Source: a virus (Duplodnaviria > Caudoviricetes). From it: a stretch of 24,143 nucleotides of DNA. Where the stretch lies: positions 1 to 24,143 of IMG/VR virus record IMGVR_UViG_3300037479_000209; one strand, 5' to 3'. Every line of letters begins with the position of its first letter. Positions within the stretch are counted from its first letter, which is position 1. Below are positions 7,167 to 15,636 of the stretch, piece after piece. A model generated the notes under the pieces. The model had not been told where the DNA came from. It worked only from the letters and a program-made list of their open reading frames with translations, and did not search any database. A program made the position numbers and the translations under genes.

Positions 7167-8381
7167 ATGTCTCAGATTGCATTGAAACTTCGTCGTCCGC
7201 ACGCCGGCCAGCAGCGCATCTACGCTGAAAAGCGGCGCTTTAACGTTGTCTGCTGCGGGCGCCGCTACGGGAAAACGATCCTCGGGACAAATCTGCTGAT
7301 TGAGGCCGGGCTGGAGGGGAAGCCGGTTGCCTGGGCGTCACCTACCTACAAGATGTTGCTTGAGATCTGGCGTGACTTTCTGCAGCTGGCCGCGCCGGTG
7401 ATTGCCCGCAACGGCATCGACAAACAGAACAAGCGTGTCACCCTGATCACCGGCGCAATTGTGGAGTTTTGGAGCCTGACGGCTGCCGAGTCGATCCGTG
7501 GCCGCAAGTATCGGCGCTGGATCATTGATGAAGCGGCGATGGATCCGGCGCTGAGTGATCATTGGAACTTGATCATTCGCGCGACGCTGGCCGACTACAA
7601 AGGCGATGCGTTTTTTCTCTCGACGCCGAAAGGCCGCAATGGGTTTTGGGAGTTGTTCCAGCTGGGGCAATCCGGCGATGATCCTGAGTGGGCCTCGTTT
7701 CAGCAGCCGACGGTGACGAATCCGCATATCGATCCGGCTGAGGTCGAGAGTATGCGGCGTTCGGTGCCTGAGATCGTCTTTCTGCAAGAGTTCCTGGCGC
7801 AATTTGTTGACGACAACGCCGGTTTGTTTCGTAAGGTGCTGCAGTCGGCGATCGCTGAGGCGCAGGACGGGCCGCTCGCCGGTCACAGCTATGCGTTTGG
7901 GGTCGATTGGGCGCGCAGCGGCGACTACACGGTGATTTCCGTCGTTGATGTGACGACCGGCGAACAGGTCTACCTCGACCGCTTCAATCAGATTGACTAC
8001 GGTCTGCAGAAGGGCCGCTTGACCAGTCTCTATGAGCGTTTCAAGCCACAGGTGATCGTCGCTGAGCAGAATAATATGGGCTCGCCGCTCATTGAAAGTC
8101 TGCGCGGAACGCTGCCGATACAGCCGTTTGTTACCACCAACGCCAGCAAGAAAGAGATCATCGACGGCCTGGCGCTGAGCTTCGAGCAGGGGACGTTTCG
8201 TATCCTCAACGACGCTATCCAGGTCGGCGAGCTATTGAGCTTCGAGCAGACGCGGCTTCCGAGCGGGCTGTACCGTTATGCGGCGGCGGGTAATGGTCAC
8301 GACGATACGGTGATTGCATTGGCTTTATCGCATTATGCGGCGAGTCGTCCAAGCGCACGCGGGATGGTGGATTTTGCATAG
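7167..8381 (+). CDS. terL: Terminase large subunit (Terminase_6/T4 gp17-like)
   Basis: Walker A GRRYGKT, Walker B IIDEAA, coupling motif STP, nuclease GVDWA...D...HDDTVIALAL. Confidence 0.93.
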   Translation: MSQIALKLRRPHAGQQRIYAEKRRFNVVCCGRRYGKTILGTNLLIEAGLEGKPVAWASPTYKMLLEIWRDFLQLAAPVIARNGIDKQNKRVTLITGAIVEFWSLTAAESIRGRKYRRWIIDEAAMDPALSDHWNLIIRATLADYKGDAFFLSTPKGRNGFWELFQLGQSGDDPEWASFQQPTVTNPHIDPAEVESMRRSVPEIVFLQEFLAQFVDDNAGLFRKVLQSAIAEAQDGPLAGHSYAFGVDWARSGDYTVISVVDVTTGEQVYLDRFNQIDYGLQKGRLTSLYERFKPQVIVAEQNNMGSPLIESLRGTLPIQPFVTTNASKKEIIDGLALSFEQGTFRILNDAIQVGELLSFEQTRLPSGLYRYAAAGNGHDDTVIALALSHYAASRPSARGMVDFA

Positions 8382-8589
8382 ACTAGTCTACAGTTTCCTT
8401 ATGGGGTCTGTGGGGCGTGTGCGGTTTTTCATACAACGTTCGTTATAGGATTGCTTCCATATCGCAACCCGCTGCTTCCCGTGAGGATGGTATCGTAGGT
8501 CAAGCTTCTCGTAGTACGGTGCGGTTGTCGTTGGGCCTCTTCCTCTCATCGCCTGGCGCGGGCTCAACGACAAACGTCTGACGTTGGCG

Positions 8590-8772
8590 ATGACGTACAA
8601 AGATCTGCGCGATCCCCGAACGGGAAAGCTTCTCGCGCGATATGATCCAAAAACTGATATACTCGAATTTAAGAATCGCGGCTTGAAGTGTCACTTCGAC
8701 CTTGAGAAGCTACGCGAACGTGATTCACGTGTTCGGCGCGAGGAATCGAAGCCGTCGCGTGATGGAACATAG
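8590..8772 (+). CDS. Small Com-like protein lacking the CxxC pairs
   Basis: DLRDPRTGKLLARYD...LEFK parallels the Com pattern RCxxCxKLL...IEIKC; followed by a GAGCGCC-GA-GAGCGCC site. Confidence 0.55.
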   Translation: MTYKDLRDPRTGKLLARYDPKTDILEFKNRGLKCHFDLEKLRERDSRVRREESKPSRDGT

Positions 8773-8799
8773 CTGCGCTAGATCAGCAACCTAGCGCGA

Positions 8800-8855
8800 G
8801 AGCGCCGAGAGCGCCGATCTCTGTCGGATATCCGATAGGGTCGGCGCTTTTTGTT
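8800..8855 (+). terminator. Terminator/attenuator hairpin with tandem GAGCGCC site upstream of the portal gene
   Basis: GAGCGCC at 8800 and 8809; ~18-bp stem 8809-8849 with G-U pairs followed by a T-rich tract. Confidence 0.7.
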
Positions 8856-8868
8856 ATTGAGAGGCCGC

Positions 8869-11800
8869 ATGGGAATTATTGACCGCCTGGCCGCCCGTCT
8901 GGGTTATATCAAACGGTCGCCTGATCTGCAAGCGCCGGCGTTTCTGCGCGCTGATGCGGCGATGGCCCGCTATGCTATTCCTGACGGCTCGCTCGCCCAC
9001 AACCAGGCTGATCTCTATTTGCGCCTCAGCTGGGTGCAAACGGCGGTGCAGGTGGTGGCGCAGATCGCGGCGGGGACGTCGTTCTCGGTGAAGCAGCGCG
9101 CTGGTGATCAGCTGCGCGATATTCCAAATCATCACTTTGAGACGCTGTTGAGCCGGCCTAATCCGCTGCATTCGCGGTTCGAGTTCCTGGAAGCGACGTT
9201 CGCCTATCGTTTGCTGACCGGTAATGCGTACTGGTGGCTCAATCGGGCCGGGCCGGATGCCGAACCTTCCGAAATCTGGGTTATTCCGCCCGATAAAATC
9301 ATGCCTGTTCCTGACGGACAGAGCTATCTGAAGGGCTATATGTTCTTCCCCGAGGGTATCACGGGTGGTGTGTCTGCGACTGGCGCCGGTTGGCCGCTCG
9401 ATCCCTGGGAGATCGTTCACTTTAAGCGCTTCCATCCGCTCAATTCGTTCGTTGGACTTTCGCCTATCGAAGCATTGGCGACGGCTGCGGTTGGTGATCT
9501 CAATGCGCAGCAGTGGAATGCGAACTTTTTCGGCAAGGATAACGCCAAGCTTGAGGGCGCATTGGCCTTTGCGGATATGGTCAACAATGCTGATTGGGAG
9601 ACCATTAAGACTGATGTGCGGTCGCAGTGGGGCGGGACGAAGCGCAGCGGGCCGATGCTGTTGCGCGGTGTCGGGGTTGGGGGCGTGAACTGGCTGCAGA
9701 TGGGGTTGAGTCAGACTGACATGCAGTTCTTAGCCGGTCGTCAGTTCACCAAAGAGGAAATCTACGGCTTGTTTGCGCCCGGCCTCTCCAGCGTGCTTGA
9801 TGTGAATGCGACCGAAGCGAACGCGACGAGCGGGCGGGCGACCTTGATTGATCTCACGGTCTGGCCGGCGCTATGCGCGGTTGCGGAAAAGATTTCGAAT
9901 AATCTGCTGCCGTGTTATCCCGGTGATCTGGTCGGCGCGTTCGACGATATCCGTTGGTCGGATCGTGAACTTGAACTGAAAGAGCAAGAGGCGTACGAGC
10001 GGGTTCACACGATTGACGAAGTACGCCAGAAATATTACGCGGCGCCGCCGATCGGGGATTGTCGCGGGCGTTGGCTGGCGTCGGATCGTAGGGAACAGGG
10101 AACAGGGAACAGGGAACAGGGATCGGGGGTTGATGGTCAGGGGTCGGTGGTTGAGGGGGAGGTTATCAAGGCGTTGCCGTGTGATTGCGGCTGTGAAGAG
10201 GGCGCAGCGGTGGGCACACACAGTGGTGTGCCCCTACTCAAGGCGGAATTGCGGGCGGACGAGTCGGCGCTTATCGCGGCGCTCATCGCGGTTGTGCGTG
10301 CTGCCGGCGATCATCTTAGTACGGATTTGTTGGCGGCGACGCTCCGGCCCTTTGTCGCAGCGACGGCGCAGCGGACGGTTGATGAGGCGCTGCGGGCGCT
10401 TCAGCTTGATAACCTGGTCGCGTCGGGGCCGGTCTCCGGCGAGCGGGTTGATCTGCGCATCAATCCGCCCGTCTCGGCCTGGGTTGCCGAACTGACTGAT
10501 GACTTGGCCGCCGATCTGTTTGCGCTGTTGGTCGAGCGCGGCGCGGCGCGGAAGAGTGAGGAACCCGGCTGGGAAGAGGATATCATCGGTTGGGTGATTC
10601 GCGCAGTCGTTCGTCTGATGGCCTGGGTGATGGAAGCGTTGCAACGCCTTCTGAACGGTGGCCCGCAAGCGATTCCCGGCTTCGAATGGGTACGAGTCTG
10701 GCGTACAGCCCTTGATGAGCGCGTGTGTCCGGTTTGCGAGCCGCTGGAGGGCGTTCCCGAGGATTTTTGGGCCGGCTGCTTCGAGGGTCCGCCTGCGCAT
10801 ATGCGCTGCCGCTGTTTCTTGCGGTTAGAGCGTATCGATCCTGATACGGGTATTTTAATTCCCGGCGCTGTCTCGGACTGGGACGCCTGGGATCCGTTAT
10901 TTGGATCGACGGTGAAGGCTGATGATCTTGCAGCGCCGACTCAGGTCGGCAATGTGGCGATTGTCGGATCGCGCGATCTGCCGGCGTCGGCGCGCCCGCT
11001 TATCGACGCGGTGATCGCCGCGCTGCTCGGTCGCGGTCGCCAGATTGGGACGGGGGATGCCTCGGGCCTGGATGAGCAGGTGATTCAATCGACGTTGGCG
11101 CTGAATGCGTCAGGGTCACTGCACATCTTTGCGGCGCAAGGGCCGGCGGGCCGGGGCGCGTGGCGCTGCTCGGCAAAACAGATTGATCAGGCGGCGCAGC
11201 GGGGCGCATATGTGCAGTATTGGGCCGGTGGGCAAGGTGGCACACTCAGGCAACGGTTGGTGCAGCGAACGATTCAGGTTGTTGATTGGGCGGTCGGCGG
11301 TGGGCCTGGGTCGGGCCTGATTGCGTTCGTCACATCCATGGCGCCGTCAGGGTGTCGCCCAGCGTCGCATTGGGTGTCGTGCGGTTCGGGCACGTGGGGC
11401 GCTGCGGCGCTCGCGGTGGGTCGTGGGACGCCGCTGGTGGCGTTTCCGTATGGTGGCGGGCGGGCGTGGCTGCCTGACTGGCCTGGCGGCTCGTGGGAGG
11501 TCGCCGGCGGGGGGGTATGGGCGCAGGGTTGGAAGTGGATGCCGTGGCCGTCCGGGCCGGGCACAATCACGGTTGCGAATTGCAAGACGACACCGAATCG
11601 CAATGCGCGGGGCCATGTCTATATCGGTCGTCCGTCGCCGCTCGGGAATCCCTACAAGATCGGGCCGGACGGCACACGGGACGAGGTGATCGCGAAGTAT
11701 GCCGCGTGGTTGCCTACCGATCCGGCTGCGCAGGCTGAGATTTCGGCGCTGTCGAATCGGTTGCGGAACGGTGAGGATCTGACGCTGCTGTGCTGGTGTA

Positions 11801-11871
11801 GTCCGCTGCCGTGCCATGGTGATGTTGTGAAAGAAGCGATCGAGAATCGCCTGGGTCGTGGGTCAATGTGA
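8869..11871 (+). CDS. Portal protein (HK97-like) fused to MuF-like, SLOG/DprA-like and DUF4326 domains (1000 aa)
   Basis: Portal motifs LLSRPNP, LLTGNAY, EIVHFK...GLSPI, TIDEVR; WRTALDERVCPVC...PPAHMRCRC; VAIVGSR...TGDASGLD; VYIGRPSPLGNPY...LLCWCSPLPCHGDV; GAGAGG RBS before ATG 8869. Confidence 0.85.
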   Translation: MGIIDRLAARLGYIKRSPDLQAPAFLRADAAMARYAIPDGSLAHNQADLYLRLSWVQTAVQVVAQIAAGTSFSVKQRAGDQLRDIPNHHFETLLSRPNPLHSRFEFLEATFAYRLLTGNAYWWLNRAGPDAEPSEIWVIPPDKIMPVPDGQSYLKGYMFFPEGITGGVSATGAGWPLDPWEIVHFKRFHPLNSFVGLSPIEALATAAVGDLNAQQWNANFFGKDNAKLEGALAFADMVNNADWETIKTDVRSQWGGTKRSGPMLLRGVGVGGVNWLQMGLSQTDMQFLAGRQFTKEEIYGLFAPGLSSVLDVNATEANATSGRATLIDLTVWPALCAVAEKISNNLLPCYPGDLVGAFDDIRWSDRELELKEQEAYERVHTIDEVRQKYYAAPPIGDCRGRWLASDRREQGTGNREQGSGVDGQGSVVEGEVIKALPCDCGCEEGAAVGTHSGVPLLKAELRADESALIAALIAVVRAAGDHLSTDLLAATLRPFVAATAQRTVDEALRALQLDNLVASGPVSGERVDLRINPPVSAWVAELTDDLAADLFALLVERGAARKSEEPGWEEDIIGWVIRAVVRLMAWVMEALQRLLNGGPQAIPGFEWVRVWRTALDERVCPVCEPLEGVPEDFWAGCFEGPPAHMRCRCFLRLERIDPDTGILIPGAVSDWDAWDPLFGSTVKADDLAAPTQVGNVAIVGSRDLPASARPLIDAVIAALLGRGRQIGTGDASGLDEQVIQSTLALNASGSLHIFAAQGPAGRGAWRCSAKQIDQAAQRGAYVQYWAGGQGGTLRQRLVQRTIQVVDWAVGGGPGSGLIAFVTSMAPSGCRPASHWVSCGSGTWGAAALAVGRGTPLVAFPYGGGRAWLPDWPGGSWEVAGGGVWAQGWKWMPWPSGPGTITVANCKTTPNRNARGHVYIGRPSPLGNPYKIGPDGTRDEVIAKYAAWLPTDPAAQAEISALSNRLRNGEDLTLLCWCSPLPCHGDVVKEAIENRLGRGSM
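10090..10122 (+). repeat. (AGGGAAC)x4.7 tandem repeat inside the portal fusion linker
   Basis: Perfect heptamer array right after the portal core. Confidence 0.9.
10212..10237 (-). repeat. GTAG-type REP-like palindrome, in frame in the portal linker
   Basis: Minus strand GTAGGGGCACACCACTGTGTGTGCCC; relatives at 20067-20092, 20269-20291 and 20476-20501. Confidence 0.65.
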
Positions 11872-11880
11872 TAGTGAATC

Positions 11881-11976
11881 GTCCAGGGTTCGGGGGTCAG
11901 GGGTTGGGGGTCAGGAAGACACACCCCTGATTCCTGATCCCCGATCCCTGACCCCTGCTCCGAAGGAGCGTGTATG
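11881..11976 (+). repeat. 96-bp heptamer hairpin + RBS + ATG element, copy 1
   Basis: 83/96 identical without gaps to 14025-14120 (manual alignment). Confidence 0.88.
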
Positions 11977-14022
11977 AGCATGATCAAGGCGGTTGATGTT
12001 GGGGGGGAGTGGGTGCTTGAGGCGCTGGCCGCTCCGTTTGGTTCGCCGGTTCGTAAGGATGGCCACGGAGAGTATTTTACGCCGCGTACGCGCTTTCGTG
12101 AGGACATGTACGGCTTGCCGCCGACGGTGTTTTATCACGGCTTCAACGCCGATGGGACGCCGCAGGCGGAGCCTGACTATATTGGGAAATCGGTTGCGCG
12201 TTGGGTCGATTCGGCGGGCGTCTGGTATCGCGTCGTTTTGGACAAGGCGAAGGCCAAAGCGAAACAGGTATGGAATGCTGCGTTGGATCGGCGGGCGCGC
12301 TGTTCGCCGGGGACGGTTGAGCATCTGCGCCGGGTGGCGCGTGACGGGGAGTTGTTGGAGTGGCCGATTGTCGAACTCAGTGTGTTCGATCTCGGCACCG
12401 GGCGTCCGGCTTCGCCCTACGCGGTGGCGCTGCCGGTCGTGAAGGCATTGTATCCGCATATTTTGGCATCGGGAAAGGATCGGACGATGGACGACGAGAC
12501 GGATGTGATCAAAGACGCCATTGCTGAGGCTATTCAGGCCGGGCGTGAGACGGCTCCGAAGCCGCCGACGCGGGAGCAGATCAAGAGCATGATCGATGCG
12601 CAGTTGGTTGAGCATCAGCGGCGGGCGGAAGCGGAGCAGCAGGCTGAGCGTGAGCGTCAGGAGTCTATCGCGGCGGCGGTTGCGGCGCGTGAGGCGGAAT
12701 TGCGGCAAGAGTTCGAGTCGGAGATGATCAAGGCGCGCCGGCTGCCGATGGGCGGTGTGTTTATGGCTTCGCCGCACGTCGCCAGGTTCGCGGCGCTCCG
12801 TCCCTATGATAATCTCGACGCCGGCGATACGGCGTTCTTGATTGGCTTCCTCCAGTCGGCGCAGCGCACCGGCGCAAGCAAGTATGGGGTGTCGGAGTCG
12901 GCGTTCAAAGCGCTGGCGATCAAGCTGTCTGAGGATACGTCGAGGATCGGCGCGGTTGGCCAGGCGGCGATGAAGTCGTTGGGTATTAAAGCGAACGAGG
13001 TGATGACCTCGACCATGACAAGTTTTGGTGACGAGTGGGTCGGCCAGGCGTACAGTACGTCGCTATGGGAGACGATCCGGCTTGAAACCTTCGTGGTCGA
13101 CCTGTTTAATCCAATTGAAATTCCGCACGGAATGGAGAGCATCGATCTGCCGCTCGAAGGCAGCGATCCGGTGTTTTATGCGGTTGGCCAGGCGACGGAT
13201 ATCGATGCCTCGGGCTGGCCGGCGGCGACGATCCCGGCGTCGAAGACCGGCACGGGCAAGCGCACGTTGAAGCCGGCCAAGCTGGCCGGGCGTGTGGTTT
13301 GGGAAGGTGATCTTGAAGAAGATAGTGTCATCCCGTTCGCCGGCAATCTCCGTAAGCAACTCGGCACATCGGCGGCGGAATACCTGGAGCATGTGGTTAT
13401 CGACGGCGACACGGCGACGGCTGCGGCGACGAATATCAACAACGGCGGCACGGGTGATACGCCGGTTGCGAAAGCGGCCTATACGCTGTTCGACGGCGTG
13501 CGGAAGCTGTGCCTGGTGACGAATACGGCGAATGCTCGCGACGGTGGCGTGCTCGGTGATGATGACTATATCGAGACGGTGAAGCTGATGGGGCCGGGCG
13601 GTCGCAATGCGCTTGATAAGAAAAAGGTCTGCTTCATCATCGACCCGGCGACGAACTGGAAGACTCTGCAACTACCGAGTGTGAAGACACGTGATGTCAA
13701 CACGGCGGCGACGGTCGAGAGCGGCGACCTGACCATGATCTACGGGTACAGGGTTAAAATTTCTGGTCAGCAGGCTCGGGTCGGTGGCGGTCTGACCAAT
13801 GCAGCCGGCAAGGTCGATCAGGTGACGGTGGCGAACAACACCAAAGGCTCGATTATCTCGCTGCGCCCTGATCAGTGGGCGATGGGCTACAAGCGCAAGC
13901 TGAACCTTGAGACAACCCGGATCGCGCGAGCGGATGCGTACGAGGTGGTCGCGATCATGCGCGTGGCGTTGATCAACCGGGATCTCGAGTCGGCGGCGAT
14001 TTCGTACAATCTGACCGTGTAG
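11974..14022 (+). CDS. Prohead protease-scaffold-major capsid fusion (HK97-fold)
   Basis: N-terminal D.HGEYF, FYHG, IGK, CSPG, IVELSV protease-like motifs; charged coiled coil; capsid-like C-terminus (VVIDGD, FDGVRK, IYGYRV). Confidence 0.85.
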   Translation: MSMIKAVDVGGEWVLEALAAPFGSPVRKDGHGEYFTPRTRFREDMYGLPPTVFYHGFNADGTPQAEPDYIGKSVARWVDSAGVWYRVVLDKAKAKAKQVWNAALDRRARCSPGTVEHLRRVARDGELLEWPIVELSVFDLGTGRPASPYAVALPVVKALYPHILASGKDRTMDDETDVIKDAIAEAIQAGRETAPKPPTREQIKSMIDAQLVEHQRRAEAEQQAERERQESIAAAVAAREAELRQEFESEMIKARRLPMGGVFMASPHVARFAALRPYDNLDAGDTAFLIGFLQSAQRTGASKYGVSESAFKALAIKLSEDTSRIGAVGQAAMKSLGIKANEVMTSTMTSFGDEWVGQAYSTSLWETIRLETFVVDLFNPIEIPHGMESIDLPLEGSDPVFYAVGQATDIDASGWPAATIPASKTGTGKRTLKPAKLAGRVVWEGDLEEDSVIPFAGNLRKQLGTSAAEYLEHVVIDGDTATAAATNINNGGTGDTPVAKAAYTLFDGVRKLCLVTNTANARDGGVLGDDDYIETVKLMGPGGRNALDKKKVCFIIDPATNWKTLQLPSVKTRDVNTAATVESGDLTMIYGYRVKISGQQARVGGGLTNAAGKVDQVTVANNTKGSIISLRPDQWAMGYKRKLNLETTRIARADAYEVVAIMRVALINRDLESAAISYNLTV

Positions 14023-14024
14023 CG

Positions 14025-14120
14025 GTCCAGGGGTCAGGGGTCAGGGGCCAGGGGTCAGGAAGCCACACGCCTGATCCTCGATCCCCGATCCCTGACCCCT
14101 GCGCCGAAGGAGCATCTATG
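14025..14120 (+). repeat. 96-bp heptamer hairpin + RBS + ATG element, copy 2
   Basis: Direct repeat of 11881-11976. Confidence 0.88.
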
Positions 14121-14330
14121 CAGGTACGTTTTCTGGTTGATTACCGTGGCCATCTGACCAACGAGCAGTTCTATGTCGCCGGCGATGTGGTCGAGTTTGC
14201 CGATGAGATCGCTGAGCAGTTGATCGCCGACGGTCGGGCGGAAGCGGTCGAGCCGGCTGAGCCGGTGAACCAGACCGGGGCGGGTGAGGCTGACCAACTT
14301 GCGAAATCGAAGCGTGCGAGGGGCGCGTGA
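14118..14330 (+). CDS. Small post-capsid head accessory protein
   Basis: MQVRFL...YVAGDVVEF...AEQLIADGRAEAV is typical of small genes following capsid genes; AAGGAG RBS. Confidence 0.75.
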   Translation: MQVRFLVDYRGHLTNEQFYVAGDVVEFADEIAEQLIADGRAEAVEPAEPVNQTGAGEADQLAKSKRARGA

Positions 14331-15631
14331 CAACACGGACGGTAACGGGAACCGTGCTTCGTGCTGATGGTCAACCGTGGGCTGGGGCGCGTGTGCGTTT
14401 CGAACTGGATCGGGGCAGTTTCACGTCGACTGCGACCTATCCGCCTGATCAGCGCGAGACGACGACGAACGAGGACGGTCAGTTCTCGGTGTCGTTGTGG
14501 ACGAATGCGGAAGGATCGCTTCCGTCGTGCTACCGCTGTGTGCTGCCGAATGGCGATACGTTTGATTTTGTGCTGCCTGCCGGCGCGTCGTCTATTGGGA
14601 TTGAGGCGTTGCGACTCATCGATGTCGCGGCGCATATCTGGACCGATCCGGGCGTATCGTTGCTTGATGAGCACGCCGGTGTTTCGGCGTCGGCGTCGCA
14701 GCTGGGACATATCAAAATCGGCGCGGGCTTGACGGTGGCCGGCGACGGGACGGTGAGTGTCACGGGCGGCGGCGGTGGTGGCGTGAGTGATCACGGGGCG
14801 CTCACTGGCCTGGCCGAGGATGATCATCCTCAGTATCTCACGGAGGGTCGTGGGGATGCGCGCTATAGTCCGCTTGGGCATACACATCCATATAGCCCGC
14901 TCGGGCATAGCCATCTGCTTGGCGATCTCCCGGTCGCCTCGTCGGGTCAGCCCAGTTCCTTGGCGCTGGTGCGCGCTGATGATAGCCGGTTGAACGACGC
15001 TCGTACGCCGTCGGCGCATTCAACGAGTCATCAACACGGCGGGGCTGACGAGATCGGAACGGCGACGCCCGCCGCGCATGCCATCCCCAAGGCCGGCGCA
15101 GATAGTCGTCTTGCTGCCGGGTGGTTGCCGGCATCTGTGGCGCAATTGCCTATCAATCTGGCCTCTGGTGTGACCGGTGTGCTCCCAATGGCAAATGGCG
15201 GCAGCGGGGTGAGTGTGCGTCCTGCCTTCGTTGCGTATCTCAATACCAGTCAGAGCGGGATTGCTGCAAGTACGTTTACTAAAATTCAGCTTGATACCGT
15301 CGCATTCGATCAGTCGTCGATGTATTCGCTGACGACGAAACGGGCGACGGTTGCGACATCTGGCGCCTATCTGTTTGTGTGTGCTTTGGAGTTGACGTTT
15401 CCAACTGATCAGGGGCGGATCATTCTCTCATTGTATAAAAACGGCGCACGCTATCGCGAGTCACATGTGAGTGTGAGCGGGACGACGTATTACGGGTGCA
15501 ATCTCGTGGCTACCGATGTCGCAGCTGCAACCGACTACTACGAGATGTATGTCTGGCACACGTGTTCGACGGCGCAGCAGGTGTATGGAAGCGCATTAAC
15601 CACGTATTTTTCGGGCGTGTTATTGGGGTAG
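14327..15631 (+). CDS. Fibre/spike protein with C-terminal C1q-like domain
   Basis: N-terminal beta-sandwich-like TVTGTVLRADGQP, Gly linker, HxH repeats (YSPLGHTH/YSPLGHSH), GVLPMANGG, C1q-like PAFVAY...KIQLD...SGAYLF...LYKNG...DYYEMY. Confidence 0.75.
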   Translation: MTTRTVTGTVLRADGQPWAGARVRFELDRGSFTSTATYPPDQRETTTNEDGQFSVSLWTNAEGSLPSCYRCVLPNGDTFDFVLPAGASSIGIEALRLIDVAAHIWTDPGVSLLDEHAGVSASASQLGHIKIGAGLTVAGDGTVSVTGGGGGGVSDHGALTGLAEDDHPQYLTEGRGDARYSPLGHTHPYSPLGHSHLLGDLPVASSGQPSSLALVRADDSRLNDARTPSAHSTSHQHGGADEIGTATPAAHAIPKAGADSRLAAGWLPASVAQLPINLASGVTGVLPMANGGSGVSVRPAFVAYLNTSQSGIAASTFTKIQLDTVAFDQSSMYSLTTKRATVATSGAYLFVCALELTFPTDQGRIILSLYKNGARYRESHVSVSGTTYYGCNLVATDVAAATDYYEMYVWHTCSTAQQVYGSALTTYFSGVLLG

Positions 15632-15636
15632 CTGCT

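Noticed and set aside
8388-8600. Minus-strand ORF between terL and the Com-like gene
   Set aside because: No recognisable motif or clear RBS; it may be a small moron, but I cannot support it.
10090-10133. Programmed -1 ribosomal frameshift at the portal junction
   Set aside because: No canonical in-frame X XXY YYZ slippery heptamer; DNA-level slippage is the better hypothesis.
11911-15019. Long antisense ORFs (e.g. 11911-12777, 13063-13671, 14171-15019; also 1505-2335)
   Set aside because: Shadow frames of well-supported genes in high-GC DNA.
14327-15631. Diversity-generating retroelement targeting the fibre tip
   Set aside because: No reverse transcriptase and no second copy (TR/VR pair) of the tip sequence was seen.
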